A DNA stretch of 64,000 bases. Origin: Pirellulales bacterium (lineage in GTDB: Bacteria; Planctomycetota; Planctomycetia; Pirellulales; UBA1268). The stretch lies in assembly GCA_044370415.1 (NCBI GenBank), contig JBILVO010000001.1:819-64818 (forward strand), written 5' to 3'. Of this stretch, positions 19,653-29,091 are shown one piece after another. Position numbers and translations under genes: made by a program. The notes beneath the pieces were generated by a model, which ran no database searches, was not told where the DNA came from, and saw nothing but the letters and a program-made list of their open reading frames with translations. The first letter of the stretch is position 1; every line of letters begins with the position of its first letter.

Positions 19653-20810
19653 ATGGCCCCGCCCATGCCGCCCACGGTCATCGATCTGCGCCGGACCGAC
19701 GACGTCCGTGACGTCGTGCATCGGGCGGTGCAGGCGCTGGCCGAGGGATGGGCGGTCTCCTTCCCGACCGAGACCGACTACGTGGTGGCCGCCAGCGCCC
19801 GCCACGCGACGGCGATCGAGAGGCTGGCGGCGCTGACACCCGAGCAGCCGCGACAGCCGCGGCTGTCGCTGGCGCTGAAGAGCGCGGAGGAGGCGCTCGA
19901 CTGGGCTCCGCGGCTGAGCCCGATCGGCCGTCGGATCGCGCGGCGGTGCTGGCCCGGCCCCGTGACGATCCTCGTGCCCGACGACCACCCCGAGAGCCTC
20001 GTGCACAGGCTGCCGCCCGCCGCGCGGGCCGGCATCGTCGGCGACGGCCGGCTGCGGCTGCGGGTGCCGGGCCATCCGATGCTCGCCGACTGCATGCGGA
20101 TGCTGGCCGGCCCGATCGTGCTCGCGGAACCCGGCGGCCCGACACCCGCCGTGACGGCCGCCGACGTGCTCGATCGCGTCGCCGGCACGACAGCGCCGCT
20201 GGCCCTGGTGATCGACGACGGCCGCGCCCGCTATGCGCAGCCGGCGTCGATGATCGAGGTCGACGACACGGGCTTCCGCATGGTGCAGCCGGGAATCGTC
20301 TCCGAGGAGACGCTGCGGCGACTGTCGAGCCTGATGGTGCTGTTCGTCTGCACCGGCAACACCTGCCGCAGCCCGATGGCGGAAACAATCTTCCGGCTGC
20401 TGGTGGCCGAGCGGCTCGGCTGCCGCCCCGACGAGATCGAGCGGCACGGCGTCGTGGTCGCCAGCGCCGGCATCGCCGCCTGGGGGGGTGGCAAGGCGAG
20501 CACGGGGGCGATCGAGGCGATGCGCGAGGCCGGCGGGGATCTTTCCGGCCACGCCAGCCAGCCGGTCACCGAGAACCTGATCCGCCAGGCCGACGTGATC
20601 TGGACGATGACAGCATCCCACCGGGCCGCGCTGCTGGCCCAGTTTCCCGAGGCCGGCGGCCGGGTGGCCCTGCTCTCACCCGACAGGATCGACGTCATCG
20701 ATCCGATCGGCGGCACGCTCGAAACCTACCGGAAATGTGCGGCCGACATCCGCAAGCATTTGGCGGGCCGAGTGGATACACTTCTGCAGGAGGCGCTCGG
20801 GATCGCTTAG
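19653..20810 (+). CDS. Fusion protein: TsaC/YrdC/Sua5-family (threonylcarbamoyl-AMP synthase-like) N-domain plus low-molecular-weight protein phosphatase C-domain
   Basis: N-domain motifs FPTETDYVVAASA and CWPGPVTILV. C-domain has the LMW-PTP P-loop VLFVCTGNTCRSPMAE and the D-loop VIDPIGG. Confidence 0.85.
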   Translation: MAPPMPPTVIDLRRTDDVRDVVHRAVQALAEGWAVSFPTETDYVVAASARHATAIERLAALTPEQPRQPRLSLALKSAEEALDWAPRLSPIGRRIARRCWPGPVTILVPDDHPESLVHRLPPAARAGIVGDGRLRLRVPGHPMLADCMRMLAGPIVLAEPGGPTPAVTAADVLDRVAGTTAPLALVIDDGRARYAQPASMIEVDDTGFRMVQPGIVSEETLRRLSSLMVLFVCTGNTCRSPMAETIFRLLVAERLGCRPDEIERHGVVVASAGIAAWGGGKASTGAIEAMREAGGDLSGHASQPVTENLIRQADVIWTMTASHRAALLAQFPEAGGRVALLSPDRIDVIDPIGGTLETYRKCAADIRKHLAGRVDTLLQEALGIA

Positions 20811-20845
20811 GACCCGCGCAGCGGGATGTTTTGCGGGAAGCAGCC

Positions 20846-21322
20846 ATGCGGATTGCCATCGGAAGCGACCATCGCGGGGTGTCACAGAAACACCGCCTGG
20901 TCGGGTTTCTCGAGCGGCAGGGGCACCAGGTCGTCGATTGCGGCTGTCACGGTGACAACGCCGTCGATTATCCGGACATCGCCGCCGACGTGGCCCGCCG
21001 CGTCAGCGACGGCCACGTCGACCGCGGCATCCTGTTGTGCTGCACCGGCGTGGGCATGGCGATCGCCGCCAACAAACTGCCGGGCGTCCGTGCGGCGACC
21101 TGCCACGACGAGGTCACGGCGGAGATGAGCCGGCGGCACAACGATCTCAACGTGCTCTGCCTGTCGGCGGAAATGATCGGGCCGGAGGTCCAGGAGAAGC
21201 TGATCCAGACCTGGATCGACACGCCGTTCGAGGGGGGCCGCCATGCCCGGCGGGTCGCGAAGATCGCGGCGCTCGAGCCGGGTGAGCCCCCGCGGCGTCC
21301 CGCCGGCGGAGAGCCGCGGTAG
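20846..21322 (+). CDS. rpiB: Ribose-5-phosphate isomerase B
   Basis: ATG 20846 in frame in ORF 19748..21322. MRIAIGSDHRGVSQKHRLVGFLERQGHQVVDCG .. GILLCCTGVGMAIAANK .. RHNDLNVLCL are classic RpiB/LacAB motifs. Confidence 0.9.
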   Translation: MRIAIGSDHRGVSQKHRLVGFLERQGHQVVDCGCHGDNAVDYPDIAADVARRVSDGHVDRGILLCCTGVGMAIAANKLPGVRAATCHDEVTAEMSRRHNDLNVLCLSAEMIGPEVQEKLIQTWIDTPFEGGRHARRVAKIAALEPGEPPRRPAGGEPR

Positions 21323-21442
21323 CTGGCCGTGGAAATAGCCCTCACTGGCCTTTTTCCACGAGGGCGAGCGGAAAAAAACCGAGGTTTTTCGCCGCTCGCT
21401 GCCGCCGCCTCCAGCGGCGGATGACTTTATCCACGGCCTCCT
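21322..21442 (+). repeat. Copy 2 of ~122-bp structured intergenic repeat
   Basis: Starts at the G of the rpiB TAG stop. The 3' 50 nt are identical to copy 1. Confidence 0.9.
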
Positions 21443-21782
21443 GGCCGATCGCGGGACGGCCCGGCCGCCGTGTTTCCGCGTCGCCGCCGCAGACACGTTC
21501 CGTCGCTCCATACCGCCCTGGGGCCGGCACCGCCGGGCTGCCGTTCGCCCCCGCCCGACGCGCCTGCCGGCCGCGTTGGGCAGGAAAACGGGGCTGATCC
21601 GGGAGCCGGCGAAAAGTAGTGGCGTCGTAGCGGTCGTACCGCCGCGAGGCCGAAAAAACGGGGGGGAAAACGCCCGCCGGTTCGTTGAACCGCCTCGTGG
21701 CGTTGGTATCGTCGAGTCCGTACACGGGGCCGCCGGCACGAGACGGCGGCCCGCCCCGGCGACCCGCAGGAATCCGCACGGC

Positions 21783-22355
21783 ATGCCTCTCGCGCACCAT
21801 CCTGAACCGGACGAAGTGGAGTGCATCATCCGCAACGGCGAGTTGCGCGACGCGATCGAGCCGTACCTGGACGAGGCGATCTGGGAGATCGATTTCCGCT
21901 CGCTGCCCACGGCCGTCGAGAATCGGTTCCTCGAGTCGATGCTCGCCTGGGAGCGGGCGCCGCTGGTGCCGATCGCCCGCTGGTTCGAGCCGCCGCTGGC
22001 CCTGCAGCCTGCCTGCACCCTGGACGACGAGCAGGTCCGCGACCGCCTCTGGGAGACGGTCGAGCGGCTCTACTCGCAGCGGGTCGTGCTCGACTTCACC
22101 GACCACCTCTCCGACCGCGAGCTCTACACACTCATCCGCCGCGACATCCTGCCGGCGACGGTGAAGCGGGTCGATCTGCCCGACAACTTTTTCAATTGGG
22201 ACTGCAGCGCCTGCGACCCGGGCGACGACTCGATCTGGCTCACCTACTACGCCTCCGACGAGGAGCGGCGGGAATGGAGCCTCGAGGAGGGCCGCGAGCC
22301 GCCGCCGCGGGCGGTGCCTCCCTACCCGCGGGCCCTGCCCACGGCGCCGGTGTGA
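21783..22355 (+). CDS. Hypothetical protein
   Basis: ATG 21783 (MPLAHHPEPDEVECIIRNGELRD..). Good G/C third-position bias. No motif recognised. Confidence 0.55.
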   Translation: MPLAHHPEPDEVECIIRNGELRDAIEPYLDEAIWEIDFRSLPTAVENRFLESMLAWERAPLVPIARWFEPPLALQPACTLDDEQVRDRLWETVERLYSQRVVLDFTDHLSDRELYTLIRRDILPATVKRVDLPDNFFNWDCSACDPGDDSIWLTYYASDEERREWSLEEGREPPPRAVPPYPRALPTAPV

Positions 22356-22429
22356 CGCGGGTTGCCCGCCGCTTCCTCCCGGCCGTAGGCTTCCCCGGGT
22401 CGCCGTACCGACACGAGGAGCCGCCTGCC

Positions 22430-23581
22430 ATGCCCGCCCGCCCGCCGTCCCGACGGCAGTGGTTGTTTGTCCGTCCACGCAGCCTCCTGGCGGCCGTCGC
22501 GCTGGCGGCGCTGCTCGTGCCGCCCGCGGCCCGCGGCGCCGACGAGGCGGCCGTCCGCGCCGCCATCGCCCGGGCCTCTGCGTTCCTCACCGAGCAGGGG
22601 CAGGCCGCGGACGGCAGCTTCTCTGCGCAGGCGGGGCCGGCCGTCACAGCGCTGGCAGTGACGGCACTGCTGAAGACGGGCACGCCCCCCGACGCCCCCG
22701 TGGTGCAGCGCGGCATCGCCTCACTGCTGGCGTTTCGCCAGGAGGACGGCGGCATCCATCCCCCCGACTCGGCCGTCGCCAATTACGAGACGTCGATCGC
22801 GCTGGTGGCCCTGGCCGCCTGCAACCATGACGGCCGCCACGACGACGTCATCAAGGCCGGGCAGGCGTTCGTGAGAGGACTGCAGTGGGACGACGGCGAG
22901 GGCCGGGGCGTGGCCGACCCCGCGTACGGCGGCGCCGGCTACGGCCGCAAGAAGCGTCCCGACCTGTCGAACACCGCCTTCCTCGTCGAGGCGCTGCGCG
23001 AGCTCGGTGCGGGCCCCGACGACCCGGCGATCCAGCGGGCGCTGGTGTTCGTGTCACGGACCCAGAACCTGGAAGGCCCCCACAACGCGCTCCCCTTTCC
23101 CGCAAAGAACCCCGACGGCGGCTTCTACTACACGCCGGCGGCGGGCGGCGAGAGCCAGGCAGGCACGACGCCCGAGGGCGGCCTGCGCAGCTACGGCTCG
23201 ATGACCTACGCGGGGCTCAAGAGCATGATCTTCGCGGGCCTCACGCGGGACGATCCCCGCGTGAAGGCGGCCGTCGAGTGGCTGGCGAAGCGCTACACGT
23301 TCGCGGAGAACCCGGGGCTGGGGGATGCGGGCCTCTACTACTACTTCCACACGGCGGCCAAGGCGCTCGACGCGCTGGGGGAGGATTCGTTCACCGACGC
23401 GTCCGGGACGAGGCACGCGTGGCGGAGCGAACTGGCCGACGCCCTCATCGCCCGGCAGCAGGCCGACGGGTCGTGGGTGAACGAGAACCCGCGCTGGATG
23501 GAGGGCGACCCCAACCTCGTCACGAGCTACGCGCTGCTCGCCCTGGCGCCGTGCCTGCCGCAGCAGCCGGCCAGGCCGTAG
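22430..23581 (+). CDS. Secreted prenyltransferase/squalene-oxidase-repeat (terpenoid cyclase-like alpha/alpha toroid) protein
   Basis: ATG 22430 gives a signal peptide (..LLAAVALAALLVPPAARGAD). Repeated Q/W-containing helical hairpins (..QEDGGIHP.., ..PDGGFYYTP.., ..QADGSWVNE..). Confidence 0.7.
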   Translation: MPARPPSRRQWLFVRPRSLLAAVALAALLVPPAARGADEAAVRAAIARASAFLTEQGQAADGSFSAQAGPAVTALAVTALLKTGTPPDAPVVQRGIASLLAFRQEDGGIHPPDSAVANYETSIALVALAACNHDGRHDDVIKAGQAFVRGLQWDDGEGRGVADPAYGGAGYGRKKRPDLSNTAFLVEALRELGAGPDDPAIQRALVFVSRTQNLEGPHNALPFPAKNPDGGFYYTPAAGGESQAGTTPEGGLRSYGSMTYAGLKSMIFAGLTRDDPRVKAAVEWLAKRYTFAENPGLGDAGLYYYFHTAAKALDALGEDSFTDASGTRHAWRSELADALIARQQADGSWVNENPRWMEGDPNLVTSYALLALAPCLPQQPARP

Positions 23582-23634
23582 CGGGCCGTGACGACAGTCG
23601 TCCAACGCCGGAGGCGGCGCGGCGACCATCCGCA

Positions 23635-25503
23635 TCACCCCCGCCGTGCGGCGACGGCAAGCAGGTCGGCCTCGGCCTGGGGATGGTCGGTGAGGATCCG
23701 GCGGAAGTCCTCGCGATCGAGCACCAGGAGGTCGCACGGCGTCACCGCCCGCACCGTCGCGCTCCGCGGCCGGTCGAGCAGCAGCGCCATCTCGCCGAAG
23801 CACTCGCCGGAACGCATGACGCCGAGTCGTTCGCCATTCGCCCCGAGCGCCTCCGCCTCGCCCCGGCAGATGACATAGAACTCGGCCGTCGTGTCGCCGC
23901 GCGCGACGACCGTCGCGCCGGCCTCGACCGCCAGCGGTCGAAACGACATCACCAGCGTGTTGAGCAGCACCGGCGGGGCCGACGCGAAGAGCTCGCTGCG
24001 GCCGAGGATCTCGCGGCCGAGGCACTCGTGCCAGCGCCGGCCGTCCCGCGCGAGCAGCGCGCTCGCGGCCCGCGGGCCCCAGGTGCCCGCCATGTAGTTC
24101 GGGAAATCGGCCGCCGGCGTCGTCCGCCAGACGTCGAGCACCGGCTGCATGATCCGCCACGAGGACTCCACGAAGTCGGTCCGCGAGAAGAGCGTCGGAT
24201 CGCCCGCCAGCGCGCTGTAGAGCAGCACCTCGTAGCCCGTCCCCCGCGACGCCTCGAAGGTCTCGGCGTAGTCGAACCGCATGCCTGCCCGCTGCAGCTG
24301 GAAGGTCGGCCCGGGCCGCTTCGCCTGCATGCGGATCTCGACCCCCTGGTGGGGCTGGATGTGGAAGATCAACAGGTTCGGCTCGTCCTCGCCCTTGAAC
24401 TGCACCACGATCTCGGTGCCGCGCTTCCACAGCGCCTTGCCCGACCGCAGGTAGACCGGCATCCCCGCCCAGCGGTCGTTGTCGATGTGCAGCCTCACGG
24501 CGGCGAAGGTCGGCGTGTTCGACTGCGGATCGACGTGGGACTCCTGCCGATAGCCCACCGCAGCGCTGCCGTCCGCCCGCGTGCCGGGCCCGTACTGGCC
24601 GCGGACGCAGCAGCCCGCGACGTCGTCCGGGCCGAACAGCCGCACCGACTCCAGCAGCCGCGACTTCGCCTCACGAACCGCCCCCGGGTCGAACGACGCC
24701 GGCGGCTCCATGCAGACGTAGGCCAGCATCTGCAGCAGGTGGTTCTGCAGCATGTCGCGGACCACGCCGGTCTTGTCGTAATACTCGCCGCGGGTCTCCA
24801 CGCCCACGGTCTCCGTCGCGGAGATCTGGATGTGGTCGATGTGCGCCGCGTTCCAGAGCGGGGTGAACATCCCGTTGGCCATCCGGAAGGCCAGCAGGTT
24901 CTGCACGGTCTCCTTGCCCAGGTAGTGGTCGATGCGATAGATCTCGTCCTCGCGCCATTTCGCGAGCAGCGCGCGGTTGAGGGCCACGGCGGAGTCGAGG
25001 TCCTTGCCGAAGGGCTTCTCGACGATGATCCGCCTTCGGCCCGGAAGCCGCGTGAATCCGGCGGCGTCGAGCTGATCGTTGACGACGTGGAAAAAATCCG
25101 GGGAGATCGCCAGGTAGAGCAGCGTGTTGTCGGCGGCCGCCGTGCCGGCGGCGACGTCCCGCACCATGTCCCGCAGCCCCGCGTACGAGGCCGGGTCGGC
25201 GAAGTCTCCGCCCATGTAGTGGAGCCGCGACTCGAGCCACCGCCAGCGGTCGTCGTCGAACGACTTCCGCGTGCTGAATCCGCGGATGTCCCGCCGCTGC
25301 TGCTCGCGGAACTCCGCGGTCGTCATCTCCTTGCGGGCCATGCCGACGACGGCGAACTCCTCGGGCAAGAGCCCGTCGCAGGCCAGGTTGTAGAGCGCCG
25401 GCATCAGGAGCCGCTTGGTGAGGTCGCCGCTGGCTCCGAGGATGACGAGCACCCCCGGCGCCGCGACCGCCGATCCACTCTTCGACTCCGGTTCGCCCCG
25501 CAT
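23635..25503 (-). CDS. zwf: Glucose-6-phosphate dehydrogenase fused to a C-terminal cyclic-nucleotide-binding domain
   Basis: G6PD motifs LVILGASGDLTKRLLMPALYNL, EKPFGKDLDS and RIDHYLGKE. An extra ~129 aa C-terminal to ..GTWGPRAASALLARDGRRWHE carries the cNMP-binding signatures GECFGEMALL and RSATVRA. Confidence 0.9.
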   Translation of the reverse strand: MRGEPESKSGSAVAAPGVLVILGASGDLTKRLLMPALYNLACDGLLPEEFAVVGMARKEMTTAEFREQQRRDIRGFSTRKSFDDDRWRWLESRLHYMGGDFADPASYAGLRDMVRDVAAGTAAADNTLLYLAISPDFFHVVNDQLDAAGFTRLPGRRRIIVEKPFGKDLDSAVALNRALLAKWREDEIYRIDHYLGKETVQNLLAFRMANGMFTPLWNAAHIDHIQISATETVGVETRGEYYDKTGVVRDMLQNHLLQMLAYVCMEPPASFDPGAVREAKSRLLESVRLFGPDDVAGCCVRGQYGPGTRADGSAAVGYRQESHVDPQSNTPTFAAVRLHIDNDRWAGMPVYLRSGKALWKRGTEIVVQFKGEDEPNLLIFHIQPHQGVEIRMQAKRPGPTFQLQRAGMRFDYAETFEASRGTGYEVLLYSALAGDPTLFSRTDFVESSWRIMQPVLDVWRTTPAADFPNYMAGTWGPRAASALLARDGRRWHECLGREILGRSELFASAPPVLLNTLVMSFRPLAVEAGATVVARGDTTAEFYVICRGEAEALGANGERLGVMRSGECFGEMALLLDRPRSATVRAVTPCDLLVLDREDFRRILTDHPQAEADLLAVAARRG

Positions 25504-25570
25504 GAACTGCCTCCTGCCCGCGTGTCCGGACCGACTCCGGGCCCGATGATGGCGGCTGGTGCGGCGGCGT

Positions 25571-26845
25571 TCAATCCTTCAGGTCGAAAAGCCGCTTCAG
25601 GGCGTCGAGCAGCCCGTGCGGCGGACCGGCCCGGCTCGCGCTGCGCAGCGAGGCCAGCGGCGAGTGGAGCAGCTTGGCTGCATAGCGGTCGAATGCCTGG
25701 CGGATCTCGGCGCGGGACGCGTCGTCGAGCTGCGGCAGGCGACGGAAGAGCCGCTCGAGCTCCGCGTCGCCGGTCTCGGTCCAGCCGGCTCGCAGCCGCT
25801 CGATCACCGGCGCCGTCGACCGGTGGTGCATGTCGCCCATGAATCGCCGCGTCTCCTCGTCGACGATCGCCAACGCGGCGGGCAGTTCGCGATGACGGCT
25901 GCGCCGATTCGCCTCGCAGGCCGCGCCGAGGTCGTCCACGGAATAGAGCCAGACGCCCGGCCGCTGGCCGATCGCGGGATCGAAGTCGCGCGGCACGGCG
26001 AGGTCGAGCACGACCAGCGGCCGGCCCGCCCGCAGCGGCTCCACTCGGGCATAGTCCGCCGCGGACACGACCGGCTCGGTCGCTCCGGTCGTGCTCACCA
26101 CGAGGTCGGCGGCCGCCAGCTCCGCCGCCAGGTCCTCCATGCGGCCGGCCCGGCCGCCGAGCCTGTCGGCGAGCTCTCCGGCGCGGCCGGCGGTGCGGTT
26201 GACGACCACCACGTCCCGTGCGCCGGCCTGCCGCAGGTAGCGAAGCGTCTCGGCCGCCATCTTGCCGGCGCCGATGAGCAGCACCCGCTTGTCGTCGAAC
26301 CGCTCGAAGACCCCGCTGGCGAAATCGGCCACCGCCACGCTCGGGATCGACAGCCGTTCGCGGCCGATGGCCGTCTCGGTCGCCACCCGCTTCGCGGTGC
26401 GCAGCGCCGCCTGGAACATCTCGCCGGTGAGCGGTCCGGCGGTGCGGCTCTCCTGGGCCAGCGACCATGCCTGCTTCACCTGCGCGACGATCTGCGGCTC
26501 CCCCAGCACCATGCTGTCGAGGCCCGCCGCCACGCCGAAGAGATGCCGCACGACGGCCTCGTCGCGGTCGCCGGTGAGCACGGGCCGCAGCAGCTGCGCG
26601 TCGATGCCGCGGCAGTCCGCCAGGAACGAGACGAGTTCGTCGGTGGGTGGCGGGTCGGCCGCCTGCTCGCCCGCCGCATAGAACTCGACGCGGTTGCAGG
26701 TCGACAGGAGCACGCCCTCCCGGCCCGGGACCCGCTCCCGGAACCGCGCGAGCGCCTCGGTCGCCTGCTCGGCGGAGAAGGCCAGCCGCTCGCGGAGCGC
26801 GAGCGGCACGGTGCGATGGGTCCCGCCCACGAACGCCAGCATCAT
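25571..26845 (-). CDS. hemA: Glutamyl-tRNA reductase
   Basis: ATG 26845 in frame in ORF 25571..27937. MMLAFVGGTHRTVPLALRERLAF .. LLSTCNRVEFY .. VLLIGAGKMAE. Confidence 0.9.
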   Translation of the reverse strand: MMLAFVGGTHRTVPLALRERLAFSAEQATEALARFRERVPGREGVLLSTCNRVEFYAAGEQAADPPPTDELVSFLADCRGIDAQLLRPVLTGDRDEAVVRHLFGVAAGLDSMVLGEPQIVAQVKQAWSLAQESRTAGPLTGEMFQAALRTAKRVATETAIGRERLSIPSVAVADFASGVFERFDDKRVLLIGAGKMAAETLRYLRQAGARDVVVVNRTAGRAGELADRLGGRAGRMEDLAAELAAADLVVSTTGATEPVVSAADYARVEPLRAGRPLVVLDLAVPRDFDPAIGQRPGVWLYSVDDLGAACEANRRSRHRELPAALAIVDEETRRFMGDMHHRSTAPVIERLRAGWTETGDAELERLFRRLPQLDDASRAEIRQAFDRYAAKLLHSPLASLRSASRAGPPHGLLDALKRLFDLKD

Positions 26846-27738
26846 GTGGCCGCCTCGTGTGGGGCCGCCTCGTGCCGCGGGGCGGGAGCCACCGGCGGCA
26901 CGCCGTGCCGCGTCGCGCCGAAGAGCCCCCAGAGGATCGACCCGGTGAGCACGGCGAGGCTCGCCAGTGCCAGCCAGGCGGCCGTCCGCGGACCATCGGC
27001 GCGGCGGCTCGTGGCCCGGGTCGCGACGGCGGCCGTCAGCAGCCACGCCACCACCGCCGCCATCCGCAGCACGACGGGGTCGTTCCAGGGCACGGTCTCG
27101 AGCAGGCCGCGCTGCCGGTTCACGGCGTTGAGCACGATGCCGGAGAGGAAGCCGGCGGCCGCCAATCCGGCCGCGAAGGCCGGCACGCGACCGGTGGTGT
27201 GCTCCAGCCGCTCGAGGCTTGGCAGCCGCAGGCCGCCCAGCGGCGCCTGTTTCCTGGCCAGGCGGCCCGCCTGGATGAGCCACATGAGCCCCGCGATCGC
27301 GGCAATCGCCACCGCCACGCAGGACGCGAGGTTGAAGCTGCCGTGCACCGCGCCCCAGATCTGGGTGGCCGGGCTCTGCGGGAACGGCACACGGCTGGAG
27401 AGCTGCGCGGCGCCGATGAGCCCGAGCACGATCGGCAGCATGAACAGCCCGACGGGCGTCCGCGGGTTGGCGATCGTGCGCCACAGCGAACCACCGGCCA
27501 GCACCCACGCGGCCAGCAGGTACCAGTCGAACGCGCTGGAGAGCGGGACGGCCGCCTCGTGTGTCGCCCGCCAGCCCAAGAACAGCGTGTGCGCCACGAG
27601 CCCGGCGGCCGCGAACGCGACCATGGCCGCCCCCCGCACGCCCGACCGGAACACGAGCCGCGACGCCTCGCAGGCGAAGGCGACGGCATAGCTGGCCGCG
27701 AAGCAGACGACGGAGATTCCGGAGACGAATTCGACCAT
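26842..27738 (-). CDS. Cytochrome c assembly family (CcsA/HemX-like) polytopic membrane protein
   Basis: ATG 27738 (MVEFVSGISVVCFAASYAVAF..). About 8 hydrophobic helices. The stop overlaps the hemA start (ATGA, 26842-26845). No canonical W-rich haem motif seen. Confidence 0.65.
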   Translation of the reverse strand: MVEFVSGISVVCFAASYAVAFACEASRLVFRSGVRGAAMVAFAAAGLVAHTLFLGWRATHEAAVPLSSAFDWYLLAAWVLAGGSLWRTIANPRTPVGLFMLPIVLGLIGAAQLSSRVPFPQSPATQIWGAVHGSFNLASCVAVAIAAIAGLMWLIQAGRLARKQAPLGGLRLPSLERLEHTTGRVPAFAAGLAAAGFLSGIVLNAVNRQRGLLETVPWNDPVVLRMAAVVAWLLTAAVATRATSRRADGPRTAAWLALASLAVLTGSILWGLFGATRHGVPPVAPAPRHEAAPHEAAT

Positions 27739-27806
27739 GCTGAACGCCTGCGGGGTGCCGTGGGGTATTGTAGTCTGCAGTCCGCCTTCCGCCCGCCGAG
27801 TGCCAG

Positions 27807-28889
27807 ATGCCCGACTCCGCCTCGCCCCTGTCGATGCCCCCATCCGGCGGCCTCTCCGCTGCGCAGCGGCGCAACGAGGCGCTCCTGATGCGTGCCTGCC
27901 GGCGCGAGCCGGTGCCCCGCCCCCCCGTGTGGCTCATGCGACAGGCTGGCCGTTACCTGCCGGAATACCGGCGCGTGCGGGCGGACGTCGACTTCCTCGG
28001 CCTGGTGAAGAACCCGCGGCTGGCGGCGGAGGTGATGCTCGCCACCGTGCACCGCCTCGGCGTGGATGCGGCGATCATCTTCAGCGACCTGCTCCCGATC
28101 CTCGAGCCGATGGGCATGGACCTGGAGTTCAGCGCGGGCGAGGGGCCGGTGATCCACAATCCCGTGCGCGAGCCCGCCGATGTCGCGCGGCTCGTGGAAC
28201 TGGAGGACCTCGACCAGCTCGGCTACGTCATGGAGTGCGTGCAGGCGACGCGGGCCGGGCTCGACGACGCGATCCCGGTGATCGGCTTCGCCGGCGCGCC
28301 GTTCACGCTCGCGGGCTACTGCATCGAGGGTGGCACCAGCCGGGCGTGGCTGCACACCAAGACGCTGATGTACACGCACGAGGCCGCCTGGCACGACCTC
28401 ATGGGGAGGCTCGCCCGCGCCGTGAGCCGATATCTCGTGGCGCAGCTCGACGCGGGCGCGCAGCTCGTGCAGCTCTTCGACAGCTGGGTGGGCTGCCTCT
28501 CGCCGGACGACTACCGCCGCTACGTGCTGCCCCACAGCCGCACGGCGCTGGCCGAGGCCGCGCGGCGTGCGCCGGTGATCCACTTCGCCACGGGCAACCC
28601 GGCGCTGCTGCCACTCCTGGCCGAGGCCGGCGGCTCCGTGATCGGAGTCGACTGGCGGATCGGGCTGGCCGAGGCCTGGCGGATGGTCGGCCATGACCGG
28701 GCCGTGCAGGGCAACCTCGACCCGGCCGTGCTGCTCGCCGACCGCGACACGGTGCGCCGGCGGACGCTCGAGGTGCTGGCGGAGGCGGCCGGCCGGCCCG
28801 GGCACATCTTCAACCTCGGCCACGGCATCCTGCCGCAGACGCCCGTGGAAAACGTGCTCGAACTGATCGCCACGGTGAAGGGCGGCTGA
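27807..28889 (+). CDS. hemE: Uroporphyrinogen decarboxylase
   Basis: PPVWLMRQAGRYLPEYRRVR near the N-terminus, plus ..IIFSDLL.. and ..GHIFNLGHGI.. motifs. Confidence 0.9.
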   Translation: MPDSASPLSMPPSGGLSAAQRRNEALLMRACRREPVPRPPVWLMRQAGRYLPEYRRVRADVDFLGLVKNPRLAAEVMLATVHRLGVDAAIIFSDLLPILEPMGMDLEFSAGEGPVIHNPVREPADVARLVELEDLDQLGYVMECVQATRAGLDDAIPVIGFAGAPFTLAGYCIEGGTSRAWLHTKTLMYTHEAAWHDLMGRLARAVSRYLVAQLDAGAQLVQLFDSWVGCLSPDDYRRYVLPHSRTALAEAARRAPVIHFATGNPALLPLLAEAGGSVIGVDWRIGLAEAWRMVGHDRAVQGNLDPAVLLADRDTVRRRTLEVLAEAAGRPGHIFNLGHGILPQTPVENVLELIATVKGG

Positions 28890-29091
28890 CGGCTCGTCCG
28901 CGGCCCTCGCCAGTCGGCCGCCCGGCGGGGTACAACAGCGTGTTGCGCCCGACGGCCCCGTGGCCGTCACGCCGCGCGCAGCAGGCGAGGCGTCGGCGAT
29001 CGGCGGAACATGCCCCGATCACCGACACATCGTCGACCGCCGCCCCGGGCCGCAGGCCCCGGGGCAGAGAACCCCCAGGGTCCGCTGCCGC

